Shown here piece by piece: positions 40,831 through 49,630 of a stretch of DNA of 64,000 nt. Source of the stretch: Candidatus Poribacteria bacterium. Its GTDB lineage: Bacteria; Poribacteria; WGA-4E; WGA-3G. Under the pieces are notes generated by a model that was given only the letters and a program-made list of their open reading frames with translations, was not told where the DNA came from and did no database searches. The first letter of the stretch is position 1. Each line of letters opens with the position of its first letter. The stretch is taken from NCBI GenBank assembly GCA_965198235.1, contig OZ240248.1, positions 192,001 through 256,000 of the forward strand. The letters run 5' to 3'. The position numbers were made by a program, and so were the translations under genes.

Positions 40831-43245
40831 TCAAAATTCAAGCGTCAATCCGAAATAAACTATCCGAGGCAGTTGCGGTGCGTCAAAGACTTCACGTTCA
40901 ATGCCGACTTCCTGACCTTGAACGTCAAGGGTTGCCTCTTCAAAAATGAACCTTATCTTGTTTTTCCGGTTGTATACATTCAGAATATCAAGGAATCCAC
41001 CTGCCTTCAGTCCCCAAATGTTCCATTTATAACTCACCCGAAAGTCTAACTTATGATACGGTGCCAGTTCGGTGCTTAATTGTTCGTCAGCACTCGCCAA
41101 AAGCGGGTTCAATCCACGCGTTACGGGGTCTTGGATGAGAACGATCGAACTGATAGGGACTTCGGAGGTGCCGCTGAGATACTGCCACTTCGCGCCGATC
41201 TCAAAATTCGGTGTGAAGTTATAGTTAGCGACAATACTAACAATGTGCGTGTTATCGAAGAGGTAAGGTTGATAGGATCTTTTCGGGTTCTCGCGTCGTT
41301 CTGCGTGTGTATAAGCATAGGAAATCCAACCGAAGAACTTATCTGGAATCCGATGCCGTAAGAATACCTCCGCACCCCCGACGTACGCTGTCCCTTGATT
41401 GAGATAGTTCGAGACTTCATCGGGTGTTACCAACTTCTGTGCGTCCTTGTAATAGGTGGCAAGTTTGAGTTCGGTCCGCGATGAGAGTTCGTGTTCTAAT
41501 TCCATGATATAGTGCCGTGTGAGACTCGATTCCAATGCCCGGTTGCCGTTTTCCGACAGCAGATGAGACGGTTGTGGGCTCTGTTCATAATGTCCATACG
41601 CGAAGCGAAGATTGGAACCGTTCGGCAGTATGAAACTCACACTCCCGCGTGGCTGAATAGAGACCTGCTCCGTCACATTCAGATAGTCCAATCGAACGCC
41701 GAGTGCCACAGACAAGAACGAAAGCGGATCATATCGTCCTTGCACGTATCCTTCAGTCCGATAAAAATCGTGTCCGAATTCATCATGTATCTCCTCGAAA
41801 GAGGACTCTTCGACGACTTCACCGTCAGGTGTCTCTACCGTCCAATCTAAGTCGGGCTCTGCCTCAAAATTCTCCTCAATCCAGCCGTTTTCTGAGCTTT
41901 TCGCGGGATTGAAAGCGTAGAGAAAACCTGACTCCAATTGAAGCGTCGGATTTAACCTGTAGGAGACATCTTCGCGCAGCGTGTAGACTGGCGCATTAAT
42001 CTTTATTTCATAGTGGAAGTAGTTCGCTGCATAGCTTGACGGTTCCACCCTGCCCTCAACGATAGTGTATCTCTCGCCGGTGACAGCTTGGAGATCGATA
42101 TTGAGAAAATTATGAGAACGGGTCAAAGAGAGATGAGAGGTAAGATTTTCGGTGAAATTTGAGCGGAGATGAAGCCCTTGTCCATCGAACCCGTTTTTGA
42201 ACTGGACACTTGAGCGCGCAGCATCTTCATAGGGAATTTCTTCTATATCTTGTATTTCTTCGCCCTCTTCTACCAAGGTTGCCTCTTCCTCAATCTTAAA
42301 ATGGTCAGTTGCGGCGAAGGCGTTCACCGTGAGGTGATGTTTTTCAGTCAGCGCGTAGGTAGATTTTAGTTGATAGTCTGAAAAATAGGGTAACTGCTGT
42401 GCCGTTCCCGTTTGCTCCGCAATGATAGGTCCAGCGATGAGATCTAAGTAACTGCGCCGTCCAGAGGCGGAGATGTATCCCTTATCACCGATTTTGGTTT
42501 CGAGGAGTCCTTCAGAATAGAGGAGATTTAAATTGAATTTTCCGCTCCACGACTTTTCAATGTTGTCGCGTGCATATATGTCAAGCACGGCTTGCGAGTC
42601 CAGTCCGAATTCAGCACCATATCCACCCGCATAGATGTCAATTTTTTCAAGTGTTTCAGAACTGATTGTTGAAAGTAAACCGCCCCAATGGAAAGGGTAG
42701 CCGAGAGGCGTTCGATCGAGATAATAAAGGTTTGATCCGGGTTCACTCCCACGGATATAGAGAGCCCCGAAGTAGTCGTTTGGAATACCGATACTTGGAA
42801 GGGTCATGAGTCCTTTGAGTGTATCGTTGAAGGTGCCGGGGATGCGGAGGAGTTCACTGCCGAGAATTTCCGTGCGACTCACCGTCGGTGGGAGGCGTTT
42901 CCCTTCTACCACTACTGTTTCGAGCTTAAAAACCACCCCGAGGTGTATTTTGACTTCGGTGGTATCGCCGCTACTGATGTCCATCGACACTTTTGTGGGT
43001 GCCGTTTCCACAGGATGGGTTACGACGATGGTATATGTGCCTTCGGGTAGTTCTGTGAACTGAAAGCCCCCGTTTTCATCGGTCTTTTGGTGCTGGTCAG
43101 TTTCGAGGATACGAACATCAGCACCTACGAGGGATTTCCCTGTACTTCGCTGATAGACGGTTCCTTGAATATCACCGGTTTGGGCTATAACAGAGAGTGG
43201 CATGGTGATAAACACAAATAGAACTATAACGATTTGTGGCTTCAT
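40831..43245 (-). CDS. TonB-dependent receptor with CarboxypepD_reg-like N-domain
   Basis: Plug IRGS...GGYGAEFG; C-terminal NVYNRKN..PRIVYFGLTLEF. Confidence 0.88.
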   Translation of the reverse strand: MKPQIVIVLFVFITMPLSVIAQTGDIQGTVYQRSTGKSLVGADVRILETDQHQKTDENGGFQFTELPEGTYTIVVTHPVETAPTKVSMDISSGDTTEVKIHLGVVFKLETVVVEGKRLPPTVSRTEILGSELLRIPGTFNDTLKGLMTLPSIGIPNDYFGALYIRGSEPGSNLYYLDRTPLGYPFHWGGLLSTISSETLEKIDIYAGGYGAEFGLDSQAVLDIYARDNIEKSWSGKFNLNLLYSEGLLETKIGDKGYISASGRRSYLDLIAGPIIAEQTGTAQQLPYFSDYQLKSTYALTEKHHLTVNAFAATDHFKIEEEATLVEEGEEIQDIEEIPYEDAARSSVQFKNGFDGQGLHLRSNFTENLTSHLSLTRSHNFLNIDLQAVTGERYTIVEGRVEPSSYAANYFHYEIKINAPVYTLREDVSYRLNPTLQLESGFLYAFNPAKSSENGWIEENFEAEPDLDWTVETPDGEVVEESSFEEIHDEFGHDFYRTEGYVQGRYDPLSFLSVALGVRLDYLNVTEQVSIQPRGSVSFILPNGSNLRFAYGHYEQSPQPSHLLSENGNRALESSLTRHYIMELEHELSSRTELKLATYYKDAQKLVTPDEVSNYLNQGTAYVGGAEVFLRHRIPDKFFGWISYAYTHAERRENPKRSYQPYLFDNTHIVSIVANYNFTPNFEIGAKWQYLSGTSEVPISSIVLIQDPVTRGLNPLLASADEQLSTELAPYHKLDFRVSYKWNIWGLKAGGFLDILNVYNRKNKIRFIFEEATLDVQGQEVGIEREVFDAPQLPRIVYFGLTLEF

Positions 43246-43372
43246 TCAGTCGTTTTGACCTCCGATTCGGGCATTGACGTGACAATTCAACGTTCAATTA
43301 AGATTTTGGGTTTACTTAACATTAACGTGAGTTCGATGGAAGAAACGTAGTTTTGACATCAGCAAGGAAACA

Positions 43373-43419
43373 CCTTCTATTTATTAGATACAATCTAAAG
43401 AAAAAAAGGTTGCATAATT
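43373..43419 (-). promoter_or_regulatory. Copy of the shared ECF-type promoter motif, upstream of the TonB receptor
   Basis: Minus strand AATTATGCAACC...GATTGTATCTAATAAATAGAAGG. Confidence 0.55.
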
Positions 43420-43543
43420 TTTCAGAGAGTCGTCTGAATGTTGGCTGTCAGCCGTCAGCGGTCAGGAGAATAGCGGTATTGCGAGTAGGTGGGGTTACAA
43501 ACCCCGCCAGCGGAGAGGTAGACAAATCCAGTACAGTACGCAG

Positions 43544-43582
43544 AAAAACCAAGCGCATGGCAAACACACGCTTGGCTTTTTT
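43544..43582. terminator. Bidirectional terminator
   Basis: AAAAACCAAGCG...CGCTTGGCTTTTTT. Confidence 0.55.
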
Positions 43583-43633
43583 AAATAAACTGTAGTTTTG
43601 TTTCGCTGATAGGGTTCTAACCTTGCCCAGGTC

Positions 43634-44647
43634 CTATTCCTGATGCAACGTGACCGACCGACGCGGTGGGCTAAATTCCTGTTCTGTCAACGGCACTACC
43701 ATATTCCGATACACCTGAACCCGATAGGACCCAAAGTCTGGCACGAACATCAATCCCTCATCACTGACTGCGACAGATTTCGGTGAACGCAGGTATTTCT
43801 GCGGCTCCAGGTCCGCCATATCGCGCATCCGATTTGGGCTGGCGTTTGTCATCATGTAAGCCAGGGACACCTTTGACAAGGTGGCATCGCCGAGGAATTT
43901 CTGCACATATTGCCCTTCGGCGTTGAAGAGTTGAATGCGGTCATTGCCTCGGTCGGCGACATAGATATCGCCGTGCAGGTCAACATCAATCCCGGCGGGA
44001 CGGTTGAGCTCACCATTGCCACTACCGGATTTGCCGAATGCAAAGAGGAATTCTCCAGCGGCGTTGAATTTCTGTACCCTATCGTTTCGCCAATCGGAAA
44101 CATAGACATCGCCGAGTTCGTCTACAGCGACTCCCCAGGGCATGTTAAATTCACCTTCACCGTCGCCATAACCTCCCCATTGCATGAGGAACTTACCATC
44201 TTTCGTGAACTTCTGCACGCGATGCCCCAAGCTGTCAGCGACGTAGAGATTCCCCTCCGGATCGAAGGCGATACCCGCGGGTCCGTTGAGTTGCCCCGGA
44301 TCGGTGCCGTGTTCACCCCACGTACCGATATGTTCACCTTCACTGTTAAAGGCGACGATCCGATGCAGATATTCATCGGATACATAAAGATTTTCTTCGC
44401 TGTCAGGGGTAATCGTCACGGGCCACGTGAATTGACCGTCACCCTGTCCGTAACCACCCAGCGTGCCGAGGTCTTCGTCCTCAACGGTATATTTCCGAAT
44501 CATCGCCGTGCCGTCACTACGGCACATGATATACAAACGTCCCTCTTTTCCGATTGCGATGTCAACCGGAAAGTTGGTCGTTCGCCGCATGCTCAGGGTC
44601 TTGTGAAATGGAAACCCGGCACGCAGCAAGCCGTAAGGTCTACCCAT
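43634..44647 (-). CDS. NHL repeat (6-bladed propeller) protein
   Basis: Repeated GQL/FNxPxGIAxD..G.xYVxD..N.RVQ. Confidence 0.88.
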   Translation of the reverse strand: MGRPYGLLRAGFPFHKTLSMRRTTNFPVDIAIGKEGRLYIMCRSDGTAMIRKYTVEDEDLGTLGGYGQGDGQFTWPVTITPDSEENLYVSDEYLHRIVAFNSEGEHIGTWGEHGTDPGQLNGPAGIAFDPEGNLYVADSLGHRVQKFTKDGKFLMQWGGYGDGEGEFNMPWGVAVDELGDVYVSDWRNDRVQKFNAAGEFLFAFGKSGSGNGELNRPAGIDVDLHGDIYVADRGNDRIQLFNAEGQYVQKFLGDATLSKVSLAYMMTNASPNRMRDMADLEPQKYLRSPKSVAVSDEGLMFVPDFGSYRVQVYRNMVVPLTEQEFSPPRRSVTLHQE

Positions 44648-44702
44648 GATAGCCTCCTACCGTTATTCTTAAGTCATTTAATAGCAAGTTTCAGTTTGCA
44701 AA

Positions 44703-45845
44703 CTACACTGAAAAGGGGTGAAGCTGTTCAAAATTCCCACCGACAATGTGGGTCGGATCTACACCCATCCACTGCTCTAAAAGCGTTCCGTATATGCCCC
44801 GGAAGTCGATGGTATGCTCAAGGTCTTCGCCGTGTACCCAACGGGACGGATCGAGAGACGGATATTCGGCGTAGAGTCCGCCTTTCACATGGTCACCGAT
44901 GATGAACGCACCGCCGCCGGTACCATGGTCAGTGCCGCTGGCGTTATCTCGGATACGTCTGCCGAATTCTGTGAAGACGTACATGACGATCTCTTCCGAG
45001 GCGTTCTGCGACCGTAGATCGGCGAAGAATGCTTGGATAGCTTCCGTGAGTTCTGTCAGAAGTCGTGGGTGTGTCGGGACCTCGTTGGCATGGTTATCGT
45101 AACCGCCGTGCTGCGTGTAAAAAACGCGTGTGCCGAGATCGGCGAGGTGGACCCGTGCGACATCCCGTAGGCTCTTTGCGATCGAGTTTTGTGGGTATTC
45201 CACTTCAGACGTATACATCGCCGGTGCCTTTTTGAGTTCATCAGCACCTTTGATCACGTCTAACCCGGTTTGGCTGAGGTAGTCCATCACGATACCGGTG
45301 CCAACCGTGCCACCGTACATCCCTTTGAATATCTCAAGTGCTTTTGTCCGTTGCCCCTCATCACCAATGCTGGTCATCAATCCGTAGTTATCCAAATCGC
45401 CAACAGAAGTGACGGGAATGCCGGAGAGTGCACAGGCGCGCGGGAGACCCTGTCCGAAACTGACACCTGTTAAGACGTTGCGGCTCTGTGGATCGAGTTC
45501 TCGGACGAGCCTGCCGACCCAACCTTCATCACCGATTTTCAGGGGTTCACAGGTATGCCAGATGTCCATTGCCCGGAAATGTGAGCGGTTTGAGTCCGGG
45601 TATCCGATTCCCTGCACAACAGCGACATCACCGGCGTCAAACATCTCTTTTAAGGGAGCAGCTTGCGGGTGCCAGCCCAAATGGTCGTCTACCTCTGCCG
45701 GTAGCACGTCTTCCGCTTTGATGCCGACAACCGGACGGGAATCGTGATAAATCCCGCTTGTGTACGGAATGAGTGTATTCATGAAGTCGTTGCCGCCGCT
45801 GAGTTGTACAACGACGAGGACCGGGGCTTTCTTAGTCGTACTCAT
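44703..45845 (-). CDS. DUF1501 domain protein
   Basis: LVVVQLSGGND, NRSHFR, TEFGRR..NASGTDHG. Confidence 0.88.
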   Translation of the reverse strand: MSTTKKAPVLVVVQLSGGNDFMNTLIPYTSGIYHDSRPVVGIKAEDVLPAEVDDHLGWHPQAAPLKEMFDAGDVAVVQGIGYPDSNRSHFRAMDIWHTCEPLKIGDEGWVGRLVRELDPQSRNVLTGVSFGQGLPRACALSGIPVTSVGDLDNYGLMTSIGDEGQRTKALEIFKGMYGGTVGTGIVMDYLSQTGLDVIKGADELKKAPAMYTSEVEYPQNSIAKSLRDVARVHLADLGTRVFYTQHGGYDNHANEVPTHPRLLTELTEAIQAFFADLRSQNASEEIVMYVFTEFGRRIRDNASGTDHGTGGGAFIIGDHVKGGLYAEYPSLDPSRWVHGEDLEHTIDFRGIYGTLLEQWMGVDPTHIVGGNFEQLHPFSV

Positions 45846-45897
45846 GTCGATGTCTCCTATATTTGAAGCCGCGATCACGGGACCGGGCTACAAAAGG

Positions 45898-47283
45898 TTA
45901 GCCAAGTTGATACTCTCTTGAAGCCACGATTAATTGGAGCATACTGACGACTCGCTCTTGGTTTTCCTCCGCAGCGTCATCATCTCCAAGGTTGAGTTCA
46001 CCGTTCGCTTCCGCAAATTGGGTGAGATACTCACGAGTGGTGTCGCCTATTGTCAGCGGTCCGGTGAGTTCAAGACATCTCTCCACAAACGCTTCCGGCG
46101 AGAGTGAACCCCCGTTATTTTTCAAACGTGTGATGAGATCCTGAATTCCGGGTTTCGATGCGTCGCTGACTTCACTAACGGCGAAGTTGACGCGAGCGGT
46201 AAGCAAACCCCCATCGATCCACTCTTTACCGGTGTGCCACCCTTCTACGGTAGGTGGATCCATGAGCTTCTGTCCCATCAATTGCGTAGCACCTGCATAT
46301 TGCCCCATTCCGGGTTGCGGACCTTGGAAGGTGCCTACCAGTTTCAGAATCCCCATGACGAGTTCCGTCGGACTCTTGACCTTCTTGAATTGGGCTTCCT
46401 TGAAGAAGTCGGAATTGAAAAGGACGTTGAGGACGTGGGATATATTCCCGTTAGACGCCATGAATGCGCCCGCGAGGGTCTCAACCGCTTCCGGATCCTG
46501 AGGTGGCGTCACGTTCCACGACGGGACCTGTGGCTCATCTGCGACAAAGAAGTTATAGAGGTGTCTGGAGATAAATCTGGCACAAGCGGGTTGTTCGACG
46601 ATGATGTCGATGATGTCATCACCATTGAGATTTCCGGTGTGCCCCAAGAAAGTTTTCTCCCCGTGGTCGTGTTCCTCTTCAACGAACAGGAAGGGGGCCG
46701 AGTAGTAACCGTGGGGATACAACGGAATCGGCTGCCCGAATGTCCAGCCTGTGAAGGCGCGAGCGCAACTCTTGATGTCATCTTCACTGTAGTTGCCCAC
46801 TCCCAATGAGAAAAGCTCAAGGAGTTCTCTCCCGTAGTTCTCGTTGGGTTCGCCTTTGCGATTTTCATTATTGTCGAGCCAGAAGATCATCGCCGGATCT
46901 TTGGAGAGTTCGAGTAGAGTGTCTCGTATCTGTCCCATACCGAGGCATCGAAGCATATCAATCTGGTTCGAGGATGCAAGGATATGCTGATTCTTACCTA
47001 ACCCCGTTGCAAAGACATGATGCCAGAAGAGTGCCATCTTCTCTTGAAGTGGACATCTGCTGTTCAACATCCGATAGATCCAAATACTGACATAAGCACC
47101 TTCACCGCCGAAGTAGCGTTCTAAAATGTCTTCATCAATGGGGGTCCCGCGTTCAGGATGGACGAGATCCTCAACGACATTCTCGTAGCCCTTTTCGACG
47201 TAGGCTTCCAGCTCGGTGCGGGTTGTTCCAAACCCTGCGCGGCGCATGAGGTGCGCCATTAACGCAACATCGTTCTGTGACAT
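45898..47283 (-). CDS. DUF1800 domain protein
   Basis: HLMRRAGFG, EKMALFWH, NENYGRELLELFSLG. Confidence 0.88.
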   Translation of the reverse strand: MSQNDVALMAHLMRRAGFGTTRTELEAYVEKGYENVVEDLVHPERGTPIDEDILERYFGGEGAYVSIWIYRMLNSRCPLQEKMALFWHHVFATGLGKNQHILASSNQIDMLRCLGMGQIRDTLLELSKDPAMIFWLDNNENRKGEPNENYGRELLELFSLGVGNYSEDDIKSCARAFTGWTFGQPIPLYPHGYYSAPFLFVEEEHDHGEKTFLGHTGNLNGDDIIDIIVEQPACARFISRHLYNFFVADEPQVPSWNVTPPQDPEAVETLAGAFMASNGNISHVLNVLFNSDFFKEAQFKKVKSPTELVMGILKLVGTFQGPQPGMGQYAGATQLMGQKLMDPPTVEGWHTGKEWIDGGLLTARVNFAVSEVSDASKPGIQDLITRLKNNGGSLSPEAFVERCLELTGPLTIGDTTREYLTQFAEANGELNLGDDDAAEENQERVVSMLQLIVASREYQLG

Positions 47284-47635
47284 GTTCACCTCCGATACGT
47301 TTACCGTGAGGGGATCCCTCACGTGAGTAACTTTCGATGGAATACCGTTCTGAACTTTCGGTTTCATCAAATTGGGAGAAACCGCTATAAGATTGCCTAT
47401 ATCTTATAATTAAAGTCAAAAAAATGTCAAGTTTTTTGTTTTTTGTCCAATCGCACTGGAATATCCAAACCGCCTCACCCACCGCTGGCGAGGTTTCCCA
47501 ACCTCGCCTCTTCTTTCTCACCCAATGGTCCGCGCACCACCCTCTTCTGTAGGAGGGATCTCCGAATCCCGACGCTTGCTAACCGCCGATCGCTACCCTC
47601 ATTGGATTAAAAATCACATTTTTTACATTTTTTTC

Positions 47636-47684
47636 AAATTATGCACAGTTTTTCTCCGAAAATTGTGTCTTTAATTATAGAAGG
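47636..47684 (+). promoter_or_regulatory. Shared ECF-type promoter motif
   Basis: AATTATGCACAG...AATTGTGTCTTTAATTATAGAAGG. Confidence 0.6.
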
Positions 47685-47785
47685 TGTGACGTACACGATA
47701 GAATTTAAGACACTTGCAATCCTGCGATGCTCGGACGGAATGGAGGTGATAGACCCAAGCCTAAAGACTTGGGCTTCTGCAAATA

Positions 47786-48997
47786 TTAAACAGAAGCATT
47801 TGTGGAATTGAGAAGCGGACTACACGCTTCAACGGAGGTGCCGACAATCCTGTTGAACAAAACAATCGGTCTTACGACTCCTAACCCAAAGGAAGCTACC
47901 CCTTCCTTAAGAATGTTCATAGCAGCGTTCTGGTCGCGGTCAAGGTGTGTTCCACAACTTGGGCATGTCCAGTGACGATCTGATAGCGTTAAGTCTTTAT
48001 TATGAGAGTTACAAACAGAACACGCTTTTGTAGTGGGCGACCACCGATGAATCTTCAGCACAGAACGGATACGCTTTTTGCTCTGGTGTTTGAGTTTCTG
48101 CATGAATTCACCAAAAGCAAGGTCAGAAACTTGTTTACCCCACAAGCGTTTCATACCCGAAAGGTTCAGGTCTTCAAAGAACAGGATGTCAAACTTCCGA
48201 CAGAGTTTTATCGCAAGTTTCCAGTGGTGGTCTGTTCGCTGGTTTGCTGTTTTCTTGTGGATACGGGCAACGTTCTTACGCGCTCGTTCCTGATTGTTAG
48301 AACCTTTGACTTTACGGGAATATACCTTTTGTGCTTCCGCCAACTTTTCAGCGTTGTGTTTGTAGAACATCGGAGATATTTCTCGGTGTCCGTCACTGGT
48401 AGTCAGGAAGTCTCTAATACCAAAATCAAACCCTTCAGCTTGACCCGTCTTGGGTTCATATTTGACTTCGCTATAGTCTTCAGTGAGCGTGATGTAAACA
48501 TCTCCGAGTGCGTCTCGTGTAACCTGAACTTCAATGATTTCGCCTTCTATCGGACGGTGCAGGGCGAAACGATACCAACGCCCATTCAATCGGATTTTAT
48601 ACGTCGGGTGATTTCTCTCGTGCTTCTGTTTCTCACAGACCTTTTCAATCTTCACCTGTTCACCGCGAAACGTCATCCCTTTGTGTTTCTGACAGGACTT
48701 GAATTTCGGGTGACCTCTACCTAATGTTTTTATTTCGCGAAAACTTTGTGCCAGACGCTTGAGAACATTTTGCAACGCCCATGAGTAGGGAATATTCCAA
48801 TGCTGGTATTTTTCAAGACGCTTAAGTTTCGTCAAATGCTTACACATTTTCGCAAAAGAAAGTCCCTTACCATACCTACGATAATATCGCATGCAGAGCG
48901 CAAGGAAGTGATTTTTGATAACGCCACAGATATTGCAGTCGTCCTGCAGGTGACGCAACGTCTTATCCTTGAAAAGTTTGTGTTTTGTGTTTCGCAT
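47786..48997 (-). CDS. tnpB: RNA-guided endonuclease TnpB
   Basis: Close paralog of copy 1; catalytic D/E/D intact. Confidence 0.92.
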   Translation of the reverse strand: MRNTKHKLFKDKTLRHLQDDCNICGVIKNHFLALCMRYYRRYGKGLSFAKMCKHLTKLKRLEKYQHWNIPYSWALQNVLKRLAQSFREIKTLGRGHPKFKSCQKHKGMTFRGEQVKIEKVCEKQKHERNHPTYKIRLNGRWYRFALHRPIEGEIIEVQVTRDALGDVYITLTEDYSEVKYEPKTGQAEGFDFGIRDFLTTSDGHREISPMFYKHNAEKLAEAQKVYSRKVKGSNNQERARKNVARIHKKTANQRTDHHWKLAIKLCRKFDILFFEDLNLSGMKRLWGKQVSDLAFGEFMQKLKHQSKKRIRSVLKIHRWSPTTKACSVCNSHNKDLTLSDRHWTCPSCGTHLDRDQNAAMNILKEGVASFGLGVVRPIVLFNRIVGTSVEACSPLLNSTNASV

Positions 48998-49007
48998 TGT
49001 TTTTCCT

Positions 49008-49086
49008 TAGCATCGTTCCCAATGTTACTTGGTTCGGTAGAGACCGCGCCTTGCGGCGCGGGTAACATTCTCTACCAACAATGCTA
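49008..49086 (-). ncRNA. Structured tnpB 5' leader (copy 2)
   Basis: P0 TAGCATTGTT/AACGATGCTA; P1 GGTAGAGA/TCTCTACC; P2 CCGCGCC-GCAA-GGCGCGG; bulge ATGTTAC complementary to GTAACAT. Confidence 0.6.
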
Positions 49087-49091
49087 CTTTA

Positions 49092-49121
49092 AGTATAATA
49101 CTTTTTTTAGACAGATGTCAA
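49092..49121 (-). promoter_or_regulatory. tnpB promoter, copy 2
   Basis: TTGACA-N18-TATACT on the minus strand. Confidence 0.7.
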
Positions 49122-49218
49122 GTCTTTTTTCAATATAGACCTATGGTCTAATTCACAAGGGCGGGCATTCATCCCAACGCTAAAGCATTGGGCTTTCTGC
49201 CCGTAAACGTGGTAAACC

Positions 49219-49445
49219 GTGAAAAGACGTTGGACGTTAGACATCTTGATTATCTGTGTCCCGTTAGTTATGACGCAAAGACGGCTGCGTTATGGCATTT
49301 TGATGAACCGAGTGGAACACGGAAATTCTCAGACGCATCGGGTCATGCGCATCATCTGGTGGGCGAAGGTGGGGCGAGGACCGGCATCCCACTCACAGTC
49401 GAACCCCACGGAAAACTCACGACAACCTGGGGACGACTGAAGTAA
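49219..49445 (+). pseudogene. Internally deleted LamG/TTWG gene
   Basis: Signal peptide start MKRRWTLDILIICVPLVM joined out of frame to ALWHFDE...GKLTTTWGRLK*. Confidence 0.7.
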
Positions 49446-49565
49446 TGAAATCTCTTGTAGAAGGGAATTCTAATTCCTGGGGAAACACCCTATCAAAAAC
49501 ACTCTTAACTGAGAACCGAAAACTGAAAACTAATTCTTCACTTTTCCCAAATTATGCACAGTTTC

Positions 49566-49630
49566 TATCCTAAAGGAGGCGGCGTTTCCTTCCCCGAATA
49601 AATTCGAGGGTTTTCACGCCGAAAAATTTG
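49566..49630 (-). mobile_element. Isolated IS605-type left-end remnant
   Basis: GGCG...CCCCGAATAAATTCGAGGG...CGCCG hairpin organised like the left ends of the two IS; TTCAT at the equivalent position. Confidence 0.5.

Larger units (their letters stand above)
47746..49211 (-). mobile_element. IS200/IS605-family TnpB-only element, copy 2
   Basis: Same ends as copy 1; removing it restores RBS GGAGGT plus GTG start of the flanking gene; TTTAC precedes the left end. Confidence 0.88.

Noticed and set aside
43910-44902. 330-aa + strand ORF
   Set aside because: Antisense to the NHL and DUF1501 genes; likely a codon-bias shadow
38896-48997. TnpB as Cas12f or as catalytically dead TldR
   Set aside because: No CRISPR array; IS ends are present and the RuvC D/E/D residues are intact
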